Shown piece by piece: positions 63,362 to 64,000 of a stretch of 64,000 nt of DNA (its first letter is position 1; the number at the start of each line of letters is the position of its first letter). The position numbers and the translations under genes are program-made. Origin of the DNA: Microthyrium microscopicum (taxonomy: Eukaryota); the NCBI GenBank assembly GCA_010405405.1, contig MU004243.1, positions 243,340 through 307,339 on the forward strand, given 5' to 3'. The notes below the pieces were generated by a model that saw nothing but the letters and a program-made list of their open reading frames with translations, had not been told where the DNA came from and searched no databases.

Positions 63362-64000
63362 CTTGGTGGTTGTGATGTTGGTGGGTTTTGTAGTGGGTTT
63401 CGTAGTGGGTTTTGTAGTAGTTCGTGGGTGCGCGGTAATGGTTGAGAAGGAGAGTTGGAGACCAGAGGAGGATTCTGAGTTGGCGATGGTCTCAAGCTCT
63501 CAAATGGTGAAGTGCTGGTGGGGAGGAAAGGAGGAAGGTGCATTGGCTAAAAGAGGAAGGAACGTTTGTTGCGTCATTGCCCTTTCCGGGTTCCCAAGTG
63601 AGGTTACACTATCAGGCTGACAAGAGCCACAAGGCTGACCTCCTGAGCAATCGATTGTCCGAACCACATTGCCCGTTTGTAGCTCGATTTCTCAGATTCG
63701 CTAGTGTGCTCTTGGAGAAAATATTGAACGCAGCAGGATATCGAGATATCGAATTAATCCTGACATGACAAATCTTTGGCAATGTCAAACCCAAAGCCCA
63801 GTGCCAACCCATTTACATACAGTATATCGACAGAAGTCATCCTTTACTGCGGCAGAAAACATCAATCCCTCAAACTTCTCAAATACTACAATGCTATGTT
63901 GGCTATGTTATATACCTGAACAATAGCGAGCCTCCTTGGTCTTTGTCAAATTATGCTCTGTGTAACCTGAACCTTTCAGCTCAACAACATGCATTCCGAG

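Overview
This is intron-containing, gene-dense genomic DNA from a filamentous ascomycete (short GT-AG introns with CTAAC/CTGAC branch sites). Most of the window is conserved housekeeping genes: an acyltransferase-3, an M28 membrane protease, RVB1, an Artemis/SNM1 nuclease, a PAS kinase, TSC13, a DHA1 MFS transporter, SOM1/FLO8, BET3, a C2H2 factor, GH114, YVC1, an NAD(P)-binding reductase, a HAUS4-like gene, a UPF0658-like gene and SYM1. The standout is a ~10 kb head-to-tail array (14.5-24.7 kb) of six highly diverged paralogs with an F-box-like (2EXR/DUF7730-type) motif and a shared exon structure, which the ORF track fragments. Four copies look intact. One carries three in-frame stops consistent with C>T changes, and one is broken by a frameshift plus a 238-bp TA-flanked MITE. 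A seventh, intronless relative lies at 56 kb. Other notable items are an intronless HET-domain gene, an intronless 940-aa OTT_1508-type deaminase-like gene, a second 307-bp MITE with perfect 45-bp TIRs, and a SYM1 intron ending in GG instead of AG. All gene models were read by eye; family names come from motif recognition, not from searches.
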